A DNA stretch of 41,960 nt from Ferrimicrobium sp. GTDB taxonomy: Bacteria > Actinomycetota > Acidimicrobiia > Acidimicrobiales > Acidimicrobiaceae. How positions within the stretch are numbered: the stretch's first letter is position 1; every line of letters starts with the position of its first letter. The stretch spans positions 1 to 41,960 of the forward strand of contig DAHZQE010000372.1 in assembly GCA_027409005.1 (NCBI GenBank). Direction: 5' to 3'. A program made the position numbers and the translations under genes. This document shows, piece by piece, positions 18,929-29,619 of this stretch. The notes under the pieces were generated by a model, which did no database searches, had not been told where the DNA came from, and saw only the letters and a list, made by a program, of their open reading frames with translations.

Positions 18929-19819
18929 CTACCTTCGTTGTCCGATCTTGGCCAAACTAGTAAACGCACTTGCCAACAACGATGGACTATGCCGTACACC
19001 GTCCTCACTCAAATGTCCCTCCCAAACCGAGAGCCTCGCGCGCCCACCAAGATCGGTCACCCTCGACTTAGCCTCGACAAACTTATGCGCTACCACGACG
19101 TCTGGCACTATACCGTGGTCAACAAGGGCCAGGATGGTTCGGTCGGTATCATAGTGGCGTGTCTCAGCCTCCTGAGGAGCAAGGTTAGCCACAAACACCA
19201 CCACTGCTCGGGTATCGCAGAGGGCCTTAACCATACCTGGGGCGAGTGCAGTTGCTAGGACGCTGGTATAGAGAGAACCGGGCCCAAGGACCACCACATC
19301 GGCGCCGATCACCTCAGCCACCGCAGCCTCAAAGGGAGGAACATCAGGTTCGATCCAAACCCTGGCGACCGACGGTGACCAGTGGACCTCTAACTGTCCA
19401 ACCAGAGGGTTACCAAGGGTATCTACTCCATGAAGTTCAAGTGGGGCATTGCTAACCGGCAACACGCGCGCATCGAGGTCACCAAGCGCCCTCAACTCCT
19501 CTAACGCCGCGTCAAGGCTTCCTGTCTTTTCGAGCAGGCCGAAGAGCATGAGATTGCCGAGGGCATGTCCAGCTAGCTCTCCCGTCTGAAACCGATACTC
19601 TAGGAGGCTGGCTAGCTGCGAATACTCCCCTAGTAGGTTAGAGACGGTAAGACGAGCATCGCCAAGAGCTGGACAGTCGTGCCAAAACTCTCGGAGCCGA
19701 CCGCTCGAGCCACCGTTATCGGCAACTCCAACGATCGCTGTTACCTCATCGGCGATTGTGCGCAGCGCCTGCAACGAAGCCGCCAGCCCGTGACCCCCAC
19801 CAAGTGCCACAGCGCGCAT
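18929..19819 (-). CDS. yvcK: YvcK/CuvA-family UDP-GlcNAc-binding protein (gluconeogenesis factor)
   Basis: ALGGGHGL, ADNGGSSGRLR, GHALGNL and GPGSLYTSV motifs; follows rapZ. Confidence 0.9.
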   Translation of the reverse strand: MRAVALGGGHGLAASLQALRTIADEVTAIVGVADNGGSSGRLREFWHDCPALGDARLTVSNLLGEYSQLASLLEYRFQTGELAGHALGNLMLFGLLEKTGSLDAALEELRALGDLDARVLPVSNAPLELHGVDTLGNPLVGQLEVHWSPSVARVWIEPDVPPFEAAVAEVIGADVVVLGPGSLYTSVLATALAPGMVKALCDTRAVVVFVANLAPQEAETRHYDTDRTILALVDHGIVPDVVVAHKFVEAKSRVTDLGGRARLSVWEGHLSEDGVRHSPSLLASAFTSLAKIGQRR

Positions 19820-20673
19820 TACTCTGTCCGTTCCAAGTCACGATGGGAGGTCTGCACCGAGAACCCGGCCTGCGTGATTCGCCTCGCCACCAACTCTGCT
19901 ATCACCACCGAACGGTGTCGCCCCCCTGTGCAACCAACGGTGACGTTGAGATAAGACTTCCCTTCCGCCACAAACCGCGGGAGCAGAAACTCGACCAGAG
20001 GCCAAAGGTGTTCGAGGAAGGGAGTGGTATCTGGTTGCGCAAGCACAAACTCCCGGACCTCTTGATCAAGACCAGACTTTGAACGTAGCTGTGAGTACCA
20101 ATACGGGTTGGGCAAAAACCGGGCATCGAACACGAGATCTGCATCCAGGGGAATCCCATACTTATACCCAAACGAGGTCACTCGAACCTGAAGCCGCTGG
20201 CGAAGTGCAGTAGGATCAGCGAGTTCGAGGACCCTAGCACGCAGATCATGGACGCTCAAAGCTGACGTCTCCACAATCACATCAGCGAGATCTCGCACCT
20301 TCTCCAGCGAGACTCGCTCAAGGGCGATCGCCGGTGCCAATCCCTCGGCCACTATCGGATGTCGGCGCTTGGTTCCCTCAAAACGCGAGATCAACACGTC
20401 ATCGCGCGCCTCGAGGAAAATCATCTGAACATCAATCGGTGCCGCCTTGAGCTCGTCTATCAACTCGACGAGCTGGAAGAAGTCGTTGTTCGAAGGGTAT
20501 CCAAGGACCAGGGCGAGCTTGTCGATGCTGCCCTGGGACCCAAGCTCAACAACCTTTGAGATCAGCGAGAGAGGGAGGTTATCTATGACGAACCATCCAG
20601 CATCCTCAAGCGCCGCACCCGCTGTTGAGCGCCCTGCCCCCGACATTCCAGCGACGACAACCAACTGGCTCAT
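19819..20673 (-). CDS. rapZ: RNase adapter RapZ (YvcJ)
   Basis: GMSGAGRS, IDNLP, SFGYKYGIP, DARFLPNP and GCTGGRHRSV motifs. Confidence 0.95.
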   Translation of the reverse strand: MSQLVVVAGMSGAGRSTAGAALEDAGWFVIDNLPLSLISKVVELGSQGSIDKLALVLGYPSNNDFFQLVELIDELKAAPIDVQMIFLEARDDVLISRFEGTKRRHPIVAEGLAPAIALERVSLEKVRDLADVIVETSALSVHDLRARVLELADPTALRQRLQVRVTSFGYKYGIPLDADLVFDARFLPNPYWYSQLRSKSGLDQEVREFVLAQPDTTPFLEHLWPLVEFLLPRFVAEGKSYLNVTVGCTGGRHRSVVIAELVARRITQAGFSVQTSHRDLERTE

Positions 20674-21425
20674 GGGCGACGCTCAAAATGCAAGACGAGC
20701 AGGCGAGGGTACTCCTGGACCTGCCTATACTCGTCGGCACGAGCCACGAAACCAGGGGGAGGAGCTGGTTCTTCCATGCCGACGAGAGTCAATCCCCTGT
20801 CGCTAGCACGGTTGACATACTGAGAAAGTGGGCGATGGACAAAGGGTACAAATACCTGCGCATCCACCTCCTCCATCTGGATGTCTTCACGAAGATACGG
20901 GCCAAGTCGCCAGTACTGCTCACCGAGTTCAACGTCATCGATGAAGCCTGACCCTGGAGTCTGGAGGATCGGATGGTTGAGAAGGAGTAAGAATCGACCG
21001 CCAGCCTCGAGAACTCGCGCCACCTCCGCCAAGACCTCGTCGAGCTCTATAACGTGCTCTAGGACGAGACAGATAAGGACGGCATCGAAGCTCCGATTCT
21101 GAAAAGGAAGCGCCGCCCCAGTCGCTAACACGGCTGACGACCCACGGATACGAGCCGTAGTTAACTGGGCATGAGAGCTATCGAGTACTACGGTATCGGC
21201 ACCATCGTCAGCGAGAACGCGAGCTAACTGACCATCACCACCGCCAAGGTCTAACACCCTATGCGCACCACGAAGACCTAGACGCACGATCGGCTTTATC
21301 TGCTCCTCATACTCGGCGTCACTACCCTCCGTAAACCCAGCCTGCCACCAGGACGCATTGGTCTCCCATGACTCACGCAAAATAAGTGGCCACTCCGGCA
21401 GCGAACGAAATGCTTCGAGATCCAC
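20670..21425 (-). CDS. Class I SAM-dependent methyltransferase
   Basis: VLDLGGGDGQ, LPFQNRSFD and EVARVLEAGG motifs. Confidence 0.88.
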   Translation of the reverse strand: MDLEAFRSLPEWPLILRESWETNASWWQAGFTEGSDAEYEEQIKPIVRLGLRGAHRVLDLGGGDGQLARVLADDGADTVVLDSSHAQLTTARIRGSSAVLATGAALPFQNRSFDAVLICLVLEHVIELDEVLAEVARVLEAGGRFLLLLNHPILQTPGSGFIDDVELGEQYWRLGPYLREDIQMEEVDAQVFVPFVHRPLSQYVNRASDRGLTLVGMEEPAPPPGFVARADEYRQVQEYPRLLVLHFERRP

Positions 21426-21427
21426 TT

Positions 21428-23308
21428 CTACTCCTCGCTTGGGCTACTCGTCGTACCGTAGACTTTAGTCAGTTGCTCTAGGAGTTGCGTGGCCACGGCC
21501 CGGGGTACGATCTTTGTAGCCACGAGTTCGTCCTGAGAAGCTTGAGCAATCTCAAATACAGAGCCGTAATGTGCCAGCAGTTTCGAGCGCCGTTTGGGGC
21601 CCAGGCCCGGAATCTGGTCGAGCACCGACTGCTCTGCGGTGATGGTACGCCGTCGTCTGTGGTAGGTGATTGCGAATCGATGCGACTCATCCCGGAGCAT
21701 CTGTAGCAAGTAGAGTGCTTGGCTGCCTCGAGGCAAGCGCAGCGGCTCACTGAGCTGAGGACGATAGACCTACTCGAAACTCTTGGCAAGAGATGCGAGC
21801 TCGATCGACGAGCTCAGTCCGAGCTCCGCTAGGACGCGAATGCCGACCGAAAGTTGACCAGCACCACCGTCGAGTAGGATCAGGTTAGGTCGATAGGCGA
21901 ATCTCCTACTCCTATCGAGATCGCCTTGCTGCTCGGCGAGCAGGCGGCTAAGTCGTCGGCGCAACACCTCCTCCATGGCAGCAAAGTCATCATTCTTCGG
22001 GATAGATACCCCGAAGTGGCGATAGTCCCGATGCTTCATCAAGCCATCTTCCATAACAACCATCGACCCAACATAGTTGGTCCCCTGAAGATGGCTCATG
22101 TCATAACACTCGATTCGCAGGGGAGACTCACGAAGGTTCAAGCGTCGAGCCAGATCAACGAGTGCCTCTGCTCTAGCGTTGTGGTCGCTTGCACGCCGAG
22201 TCCGATGTCGGCGAAACTCCTGACGTGCATTCTCTGTCGCCGTCGCTACTAGTGCACGAGGTCTTCCACGCTGCCCAACGCCACACTGCACCCTTCTCCC
22301 GGCCAGCTCACTAAGCAACTGCTCCAGCCGCTCCTGATCGGCTATTGGAGCTGGAAGAATCACCCTGGACGGATAGTCGAAGGCCTTCTCTGCGTAGTAG
22401 AGCTCTAAGACCCGCGTCAGCATCTCCTCCTGGGTGAGGTCCTCAACTAGATCAACGACGACGCCATTGGTGCCAACGACGCGACCAGCGCGCACTCGAA
22501 GCGCCTGCAGGCTCACCTCGAGCTCGTCTGCGCTAAACCCAAATACGTCCATATCGGCATCGCTGCTGACGACCATCTCCTGCCGTTCAAGAACGCTGGT
22601 GATAGCCTCTAGCTGGTCCCTGTACCTCGCAGCCTGTTCAAACTCAAGCGCCTTAGCCGCCTGTCGCATCTTGGCCTCTATGCCGTTGGCGAGCTCAGTT
22701 CCTTGCCCACCAAGGAACTGAGAGACACGCTCCACCATCTCGCGGTATTCGGCCTGAGTAACCGCACCGATACACGGTCCGACACATCTACCGATATGGT
22801 AGTACAAGCACGGTCGGCCATCACGAGTATGCCGGGCTAGTTTGGCAGCCGAACAGCTCCGGAGCGGCAACGCCCGCAGAAGCAGATCGAGCGTCTCTCT
22901 TGCTGCACCCGAACTTACATATGGACCAAAATAACGAACCTTGGAGCGGCGTGCTCCTCGTACCAACATCGCGCGTGGCCACTCCTCGTTGGTGGTAACA
23001 GCAATCATCGGATAGCTCTTGTCGTCACGCAACCTGATATTGTAACGCGGGTGGTGTTCCTTGATCAACGAGTACTCAAGCATGAATGCCTCTGCGTCGC
23101 TGGCGACCGTGATCCAAGTTACGGACTCAGCAACCGCCAACATAGCACGAGTCTTACCAGCTAAAGTCTCCGGAGAGACGAAGTAGCTCGATAGTCGATT
23201 TCGCAACGACTTCGCCTTGCCAACATAGATCACCCGACCCTCGGCGTCACGGAACTGGTACGAACCAGGTTGATCAGGGATCGAGGCTTTGTTTGGTCGC
23301 TCAATCAC
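21428..23308 (-). pseudogene. uvrC: Excinuclease ABC subunit C interrupted by one in-frame TAG at 21770-21772 (nonsense allele or base-call error)
   Basis: GIY-YIG (YVGKAKSLRNR), Cys-rich region, UVR domain and RNase H-like motifs (RIECYDMSH, LLDGG) run to LAKSFE*. The same frame continues VYRPQLSEPLRLPRGS...RDESHRFA...IPGLGPKRR (HhH) to TAG at 21428. Confidence 0.85.
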
Positions 23309-26147
23309 GACGCAGCAGAGGCGCTAGGAACTGGCCCGTGTAACTGGCTGAGGCAGCAGCGACCTCTTCGGGAGTACCTGTAGCCAGTATCTGCCCGCCC
23401 CGTTCACCCCCATCAGGGCCGAGGTCAATGAGATAATCTGCCGTCTTGATAACATCTAGATTGTGCTCGATGACGACAACTGTGTTGCCTTGATCAACCA
23501 GAGTATGCAGGACAACGAGGAGCTTTCGAACGTCTTCGAAATGTAAGCCAGTAGTGGGCTCGTCGAGTATGTAGAGAGTCTTGCCGGTCGATCTCCTAGC
23601 CAACTCACTCGCGAGCTTGACTCGCTGAGCCTCCCCACCAGACAGAGTGGTTGCAGGTTGTCCGAGACGAACATAACCAAGACCGACCTCATCGAGGGTC
23701 ACCAGGTGTCGCACGATCGGCGGTTGTCTGGCAAAGAACTGGCGCGCATCCTCAATCGGCATGGCAAGAACATCGGCGATCGAATGATCACGGTAGGTGA
23801 TCTCCAACGTCTCACGGTTGAAACGAGCTCCGTTACAGGCCTCACAGGTCACAAAGACGTCCGGCAGAAAGTTCATCTCAATCCGGTTGGTGCCCTCTCC
23901 GCTACAGGCTTCGCACCGACCACCCTTGACGTTGAAGGAGAAACGTCCTGGCCTATAGCCACGAGCCCGAGCCTCAGGCATCTCAGCGAACAGCTTCCGA
24001 ATGTGATCGAACATCCCTGTGTAGGTGGCCGGGTTAGACCGTGGAGTACGACCAATGGGCGACTGGTCTATGTCGATGACCTTGTCAATCAACTCAAGCC
24101 CAGTAATACCCTTGTGCCTGCCGGGTATATCGCGTGAACGATTGACCTCAGCCCGAGATGCCTTGAAGAGGATCTCGTTGACCAGTGACGACTTGCCTGA
24201 GCCCGCCACACCGGTAACGCAGGTGAAGACGCCAAGAGGGAAGGCCACGTCGATGTCCTTGAGATTATTTTCACGAGCTCCGTGAACGGTGATAAAACCA
24301 CGTTCAGGGATACGACGAGCCTCAGGGACAGTCACACTTCGTCTTCCAGACAGATAGGCCCCAGTCAACGAGGACTTAGAGCGCAGCAGATCCTTAACCC
24401 TACCCTCAAACACGACCTGTCCGCCGTGCTCGCCGGCTCCAGGCCCAAAGTCGATAACGTGGTCGGCAGCACGAATCGTATCTTCGTCATGCTCGACGAC
24501 TATGACTGTGTTCCCCTGATCGCGTAACTTCACAAGCGTATCGATAAGTCGATGATTATCGCGCTGATGGAGTCCAATGGATGGTTCATCGAGCACGTAG
24601 AGAACGCCAGCGAGGCCAGATCCAATCTGCGAGGCCAACCGGATTCGCTGTGCCTCGCCACCTGATAACGTGGCTGCGCTACGAGATAGCGTGAGATAAT
24701 CCAGTCCTACATCGACCAGAAATCGCAATCTGGCAGAGATCTCCTTGAGAATCTGGACTGCAATTTGGCGCTCGCGCGAATCAAGGCTGAAGTGTTCGAG
24801 TCGGTCGAGTGCCTCACCTATCGGTAGCGCAACTAGGCGATCGATGGATATGTCATCGACGGTCACCGCTCGCGCCTCCGCCTTGAGTCTGGTGCCCTGA
24901 CACCCTTCACATGGCACCTGACGCATGAACGACTCAATTATCGCCCGTGTGGTCTCGGTCTCGACCTCACCATGGCGGCGCTTCAAAAAGTTGACGACGC
25001 CTTCGTAAGTGAAGCTGTAGGAGCGTTCGCGACCTCGACGATCGACATACTCATGGAGGACCTTATCATCGACTCCATAGAGGATTACATTGCGCTGTTC
25101 CTCGTTTAGCGAGCCCACCGGTTTGGTCAGCGGAATCTTGTACTCTTTGGCGACTCGCTCAAGCATGTGTTCGAGATAGTCGGCACGGAGGGCACTAAAC
25201 GGTGCTACTGCACCTTGGAGCAGCGACCGCGAAGGATCCGGCATCACCAGTTCTTCATCGACCTCAAAACGCATGCCAAGCCCGGAACAGACCGGACAAG
25301 CACCAAACGGTGAATTAAAGGAGAAGTTTCTCGGTTCGAGCTTCCCGAGCGAGATTCCACAAGCCACACAGGCGAGCTCCTCAGAGTATCGCTCTGTACG
25401 TATGACCTGACGATCTTCATCAACCTCAAGCACATCCACACGACCCTTGGTCACCCCCAACGCCGTCTCCGTCGACTCGATCAGCCGCCGAACATCTGTG
25501 GGGCTCACGCGCAAACGATCGACGATCACCGAGATCGAGTGCGCCTCATAGCGTTCGAGTGTCACCTGCTTGCGCTCACTGAGTTCAACGAGCTCCTCGT
25601 CGATCATGACTCGGGCGAATCCCTGTTTAGTGAGGTCGTCGAGCAACGCCTGGTACTCGCCCTTACGCTCCCGTACCAAAGGAGCGGCGATCATAACCCG
25701 ACGATCAGCAAAGGTCGAGGCGATGAGATCAACTATCTCCTGCGGGGTTTGCTGAGACACCTCGCGGCCACATTGCGGACAGTGTGGATGTCCGATCCTA
25801 GCAAACAACAACCTAAGGTAGTCATAGATCTCGGTTACGGTGGCGACAGTGGAGCGTGGGTTATGAGAGGCAGTCTTCTGGTCGATAGAGATAGCTGGAG
25901 AAAGCCCCTCTATAAAGTCGACATCGGGCTTCTCCATCAATCCAAGAAACTGTCGTGCATATGACGAAAGCGACTCTACGTAGCGCCGTTGGCCCTCGGC
26001 GAAAATGGTGTCAAAAGCCAACGAACTCTTCCCGGAGCCAGAGAGACCAGTGAACACAACAAGGCGATCCCTCGGAATATCTACCGAAATGTCCTTGAGG
26101 TTATGCTCACGCGCACCTTGCACTCTGAGAATATCAGGCATACCCAT
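23301..26147 (-). CDS. uvrA: Excinuclease ABC subunit A
   Basis: GAREHNLK, two Walker A motifs ([18 protein letters not shown]), LSGGEAQR twice, zinc-finger Cys clusters; 948 aa. Confidence 0.98.
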   Translation of the reverse strand: MGMPDILRVQGAREHNLKDISVDIPRDRLVVFTGLSGSGKSSLAFDTIFAEGQRRYVESLSSYARQFLGLMEKPDVDFIEGLSPAISIDQKTASHNPRSTVATVTEIYDYLRLLFARIGHPHCPQCGREVSQQTPQEIVDLIASTFADRRVMIAAPLVRERKGEYQALLDDLTKQGFARVMIDEELVELSERKQVTLERYEAHSISVIVDRLRVSPTDVRRLIESTETALGVTKGRVDVLEVDEDRQVIRTERYSEELACVACGISLGKLEPRNFSFNSPFGACPVCSGLGMRFEVDEELVMPDPSRSLLQGAVAPFSALRADYLEHMLERVAKEYKIPLTKPVGSLNEEQRNVILYGVDDKVLHEYVDRRGRERSYSFTYEGVVNFLKRRHGEVETETTRAIIESFMRQVPCEGCQGTRLKAEARAVTVDDISIDRLVALPIGEALDRLEHFSLDSRERQIAVQILKEISARLRFLVDVGLDYLTLSRSAATLSGGEAQRIRLASQIGSGLAGVLYVLDEPSIGLHQRDNHRLIDTLVKLRDQGNTVIVVEHDEDTIRAADHVIDFGPGAGEHGGQVVFEGRVKDLLRSKSSLTGAYLSGRRSVTVPEARRIPERGFITVHGARENNLKDIDVAFPLGVFTCVTGVAGSGKSSLVNEILFKASRAEVNRSRDIPGRHKGITGLELIDKVIDIDQSPIGRTPRSNPATYTGMFDHIRKLFAEMPEARARGYRPGRFSFNVKGGRCEACSGEGTNRIEMNFLPDVFVTCEACNGARFNRETLEITYRDHSIADVLAMPIEDARQFFARQPPIVRHLVTLDEVGLGYVRLGQPATTLSGGEAQRVKLASELARRSTGKTLYILDEPTTGLHFEDVRKLLVVLHTLVDQGNTVVVIEHNLDVIKTADYLIDLGPDGGERGGQILATGTPEEVAAASASYTGQFLAPLLRRD

Positions 26148-26152
26148 CCACC

Positions 26153-27304
26153 TTAACGGGCGCTCAAGGCACGCGTCACAACATCGATCTTCGCTTCGAT
26201 CTCAGCCACCTCTGAATCGACCTGGGAATCTGCAACAATCCCAGCGCCAGCGACTAGATCCAAACGGCCATCCACGACGCTCGCCCCTCGAATCGAGAGA
26301 TAGACCTCACCGTCACCGAATGGATCCGTGAGACCAACAATCCCGGCGTACTTGCCACGAAAGATCTCCAATTCACGCAACATCTCGACAGCACTGATCC
26401 GCGGAACACCTGAAACTGCTGCAGTTGGGGCGATAGCCAACACCACATCTGCGAGCGTCACCCCGGGCAGGAGCCGTCCTCGCATAGGTGTAGCCAGGTG
26501 AATCAGACGACCAGCGTCAAAGAGTACCGGGCGTGCGGGTCTATCTAGCTCCTTCACAAAGCCGCCAAGATCGTCGCACAACTGCTCCACCATTAGCCGA
26601 TGTTCGAACAGGTCCTTTGAGGAGTTCAACAACGCCACCTGACCGCCCCTCAAGGCGGTCCCGGCGAGCGGACGAAGCGAAAGCAGATTGCCTGATTTTG
26701 CGGCCACCAGCTCGGGCGAGGCACCAAAGAAGCCATCGACGCAGTAAAGGTGGCTCGCCGGATGTGCCTTCTTTAACCGAGAAAGGGCACCACCGATGGA
26801 AAATCTCTCGGTCACCTCCTGCGTTGCATGCCCGGCGACCACGAGTTTTGTGAGTTGCCCCTGATCGATCGCGAGCTTAGCGAGCTGAATTCGACGCGAC
26901 GTGGCCTCTAAGTCATGGACGCGATCCCCTTGGAGGAGGGCACCTCCGGCGACTATACGCACATCTGAGGCGAGCCCAAAAATACCTAGCTCGGATGCAG
27001 CACGCGGATGCGCCTCATAGACATCAACCTCGAGACGATCCCTGCCCGCCACCAGAACGACAGGGTAGCTTCGAACTTGAAATGACTCCGAGACAAGAAA
27101 ACCACTAGACAGGAAACATGGTCCGGGCTGGCTGATACCAGGGTCGGATGCGCACAGAACGGGTTGTCCTACGCCCACGTAGAGACTGCCAGCAGCCTCA
27201 ACCAGTTGGAAAGGGATGTGGTGGGCCTCAAGACTCGTAATGAATCCATAGAGAAGACCGGCTCCAAACGACCCGACCATAGACAAACCGGCAAGAAACC
27301 TCAC
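26153..27304 (-). CDS. Chorismate-binding enzyme, probably isochorismate synthase (MenF-like)
   Basis: [35 protein letters not shown] and EIEAK motifs; coupled to menG. Confidence 0.82.
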   Translation of the reverse strand: MRFLAGLSMVGSFGAGLLYGFITSLEAHHIPFQLVEAAGSLYVGVGQPVLCASDPGISQPGPCFLSSGFLVSESFQVRSYPVVLVAGRDRLEVDVYEAHPRAASELGIFGLASDVRIVAGGALLQGDRVHDLEATSRRIQLAKLAIDQGQLTKLVVAGHATQEVTERFSIGGALSRLKKAHPASHLYCVDGFFGASPELVAAKSGNLLSLRPLAGTALRGGQVALLNSSKDLFEHRLMVEQLCDDLGGFVKELDRPARPVLFDAGRLIHLATPMRGRLLPGVTLADVVLAIAPTAAVSGVPRISAVEMLRELEIFRGKYAGIVGLTDPFGDGEVYLSIRGASVVDGRLDLVAGAGIVADSQVDSEVAEIEAKIDVVTRALSAR

Positions 27305-28005
27305 ACGCCTCTCCGTTTTGCAATCAGTAGCTGTGCCGCGCCGAGTCCGACAACGATACGCTTTAAGTCAACAAACCCACTCTGTTCAAAGAGTTCAACA
27401 AACCGATCCTCAGAGGGCAAATATGAAACCGACTGAGGGAGATACCGATAGGCAACCTTGTCCGATGAGATCAGGCCACCAATCAAGGGGACGAGTGATC
27501 CAAAGTAAAATCCATGCAGCTCGCGTACTACTTTGCTCTTTGGTGTTGCTACCTCCAGCACTCCAAGAACACCACCCGGCCTCAACACCCTAGATACCTC
27601 AGCGAGCACTCCGGCGAAGTCAGCAAAATTGCGGACGGCGAAACCGGAGCTGACTGCATCAAAACTCGCATCAGCAAAGGGCAGGGCCTCCCCCACCGCC
27701 TGCACCAGCGGCGCAAACGGCTCCGCCCTGCGCAACATCTGATAGGAGAGATCAAGCCCGTAGACCTGGACACCCTTGGTCGACCAAGCCTTCAGAAAAT
27801 CCCCAGTGCCACAGGCGAGATCGAGGACCTGTGCGTGAGCTCCCAATTGCATCTCACGTATCAACCTAGAACGCCACCCTTGATCAAGACCGAACGTCAT
27901 TACTCTATTTACAATATCATAAGTTCCAGCTATACGATCGAACATCTCTCGAACATAAGGCTGCTTCGCTCCCTCTCCAGGGAGCACACTGTCGCTCTGC
28001 ATCAT
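27301..28005 (-). CDS. menG: Demethylmenaquinone methyltransferase (UbiE/MenG)
   Basis: VREMFDRIAGTYDIVNRVMTFGLDQGWR, LDLACGTGD, RVLRPGG and AYRYLPQS motifs. Confidence 0.92.
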   Translation of the reverse strand: MMQSDSVLPGEGAKQPYVREMFDRIAGTYDIVNRVMTFGLDQGWRSRLIREMQLGAHAQVLDLACGTGDFLKAWSTKGVQVYGLDLSYQMLRRAEPFAPLVQAVGEALPFADASFDAVSSGFAVRNFADFAGVLAEVSRVLRPGGVLGVLEVATPKSKVVRELHGFYFGSLVPLIGGLISSDKVAYRYLPQSVSYLPSEDRFVELFEQSGFVDLKRIVVGLGAAQLLIAKRRGV

Positions 28006-28022
28006 CCTAGTGATCTAACCAT

Positions 28023-28259
28023 TCACAGAGCTGAACGATTCCTCGACCAGCCACTATCAGCGAGCTGTGCGCCACAGTGGCGGCAGCGTGGGTAGGCCCT
28101 GGAAGTCGGACGGTCGCATTGCGGGCAAGAACTGGCTTTTATCTCGCCAGAAGCGACTTTTCGAACGATCGAAACCAACATACCGCCGACGGCAACCACA
28201 AACATCCCCTCGAGGATATCCCGCGGGATGTGCGCAACCACAAACGCCATTAGAACCAT
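28023..28259 (-). CDS. Small membrane protein with C-terminal zinc ribbon
   Basis: Hydrophobic segment followed by CPQC-x10-CRHC; fills the gap between the MscS gene and menG. Confidence 0.65.
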   Translation of the reverse strand: MVLMAFVVAHIPRDILEGMFVVAVGGMLVSIVRKVASGEIKASSCPQCDRPTSRAYPRCRHCGAQLADSGWSRNRSAL

Positions 28260-28348
28260 TTTTGCATCTTCCTGCCCGCGGCCACCTCGGCCATCAGAGT
28301 CATTCTAGTCACCCCGCCCAATGGAACTCGATGCCCGAGAGCAGGCTG

Positions 28349-29536
28349 TCAACTCTTGGATCGACCCGACGACCGCTGCGCACCCGTCGCCATAGTGGAT
28401 TCATTAAACAGATACGCTGACCTAGGGTCCGCCAGACCGTCGGCGACCTTGGTGAACTCGTCAGCAGATGGATCCTTGGGTGCGAATTTCAACGATGATG
28501 GCACCATCTCCGCTCGCACTCTAGGCAACACCTCAGGATACTTCTCCTGCAAGAACAGGATCATCTTCTCCCTCAGTTCACACTCAAGATTCCAGGACCT
28601 CGAGCTGTCAGGCGAGCTCATCACGAACCGCAACTGCATCGTCGACACACCGAGCTGGGTTACCTGCATACGTGCAACCGAACCGTCCCAATCCGGCGAG
28701 GAGGCGAGGATCGCCAGATACTGTTCACGAATCGCCGCAACCGGTGCCGTGTAGTCGAGCTCTATGTGGACGATACCGAGGATATCCGATGTAGTTTTGG
28801 TCCAGTTCTCAAACGGATTTGTGATGAAATACGAGATCGGCAGCACCAAACGTCGAAGATCCCAAATTCTCACCACCACATAAGTGAGCGAGATCTCCTC
28901 AACCCTCCCCCAGTGTCCCTGAATGACGACCACATCGTCCAGTCGGATCGGCTGAGACACAGCAATCTGAATTCCTGCAATCACATTGGATGCCACCGGC
29001 TGGACGGCGATACCGGCGATTATGGTCAAAATCCCTGCCGAGGCGAGCACTCCAGCTCCCACCAATCGTACGGATGGAAATGAGAACAGAATCACTGCGA
29101 GAGCAATTAGGGCTATCACCACCACGATGATCCTTCGAAACACTCGAATCTGGGTCTGGAGGCGTCTTGCCTTCAGGTTATCGACCGCATCGATGTGATA
29201 GTAGTAGAGGACAGCGTCCTCTATCGACTCCACCAGCCGGGCCAGACCCCACGCCACTACGGCGATCAGCAAAATCCAGATAGCATGACGAATATCCATC
29301 TCCGCCGAGACTGAGGCCTTGACGTAGTGCAACGACGCGATCATGAGCAACAACGGAACGAGTGCCCTTACCGGCCCTCTAAGCCTGCGAAGTGCTGCAG
29401 TGCGCACGGAATTTGGATGACGTGCGTTTACCCAGCGAGTTAGGCGAATAACTGCGAAGGCGATAGCAATGCCAACCACGAGCGCAACCAGAAGGGCTGG
29501 AAGCGCCTTTACATACTGTTGAAAAAGATTGCTCAA
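28349..29536 (-). CDS. Small-conductance mechanosensitive channel (MscS family)
   Basis: GIAVQPVASNVIAGIQI...PIRLDDVV...GRVEEISLTYVVVRIWDLRRLVLP...FENW; SD GAGGAGG. Confidence 0.92.
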   Translation of the reverse strand: MSNLFQQYVKALPALLVALVVGIAIAFAVIRLTRWVNARHPNSVRTAALRRLRGPVRALVPLLLMIASLHYVKASVSAEMDIRHAIWILLIAVVAWGLARLVESIEDAVLYYYHIDAVDNLKARRLQTQIRVFRRIIVVVIALIALAVILFSFPSVRLVGAGVLASAGILTIIAGIAVQPVASNVIAGIQIAVSQPIRLDDVVVIQGHWGRVEEISLTYVVVRIWDLRRLVLPISYFITNPFENWTKTTSDILGIVHIELDYTAPVAAIREQYLAILASSPDWDGSVARMQVTQLGVSTMQLRFVMSSPDSSRSWNLECELREKMILFLQEKYPEVLPRVRAEMVPSSLKFAPKDPSADEFTKVADGLADPRSAYLFNESTMATGAQRSSGRSKS

Positions 29537-29603
29537 TATCTGCGGGCCTCCTCGGATACTCGCCTAACAGTGTAGAGCCTGAACCCCCGTCGCCCGAAGA
29601 TGA

Positions 29604-29612
29604 TGCTACGCT
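29604..29612 (+). promoter_or_regulatory. Extended -10 element (TGcTACGCT) of a probable leaderless MaoC transcript
   Basis: TGn+TANNNT ends 7 nt before the ATG at 29620; no SD. Confidence 0.6.
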
Positions 29613-29619
29613 TGGTCAC

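Noticed and set aside
21428-21736. 102-aa ORF as an independent gene
   Set aside because: It is the in-frame C-terminus of UvrC (RDESHRFA, HhH); its TTG start lacks an SD.
21770-21772. Genome-wide TAG recoding (alternative code or pyrrolysine) as the explanation for the uvrC stop
   Set aside because: Many genes here end at TAG at their expected C-termini (secG, yvcK, peroxiredoxin, lpdA, uvrC itself at 21428), and no other gene shows an internal TAG.
28250-28267. Leader mini-ORF MQKWF* overlapping the zinc-ribbon gene (TAATG)
   Set aside because: The AGGA SD is too close to this ATG and fits the ATG at 28259 better; a 5-codon ORF is expected by chance.
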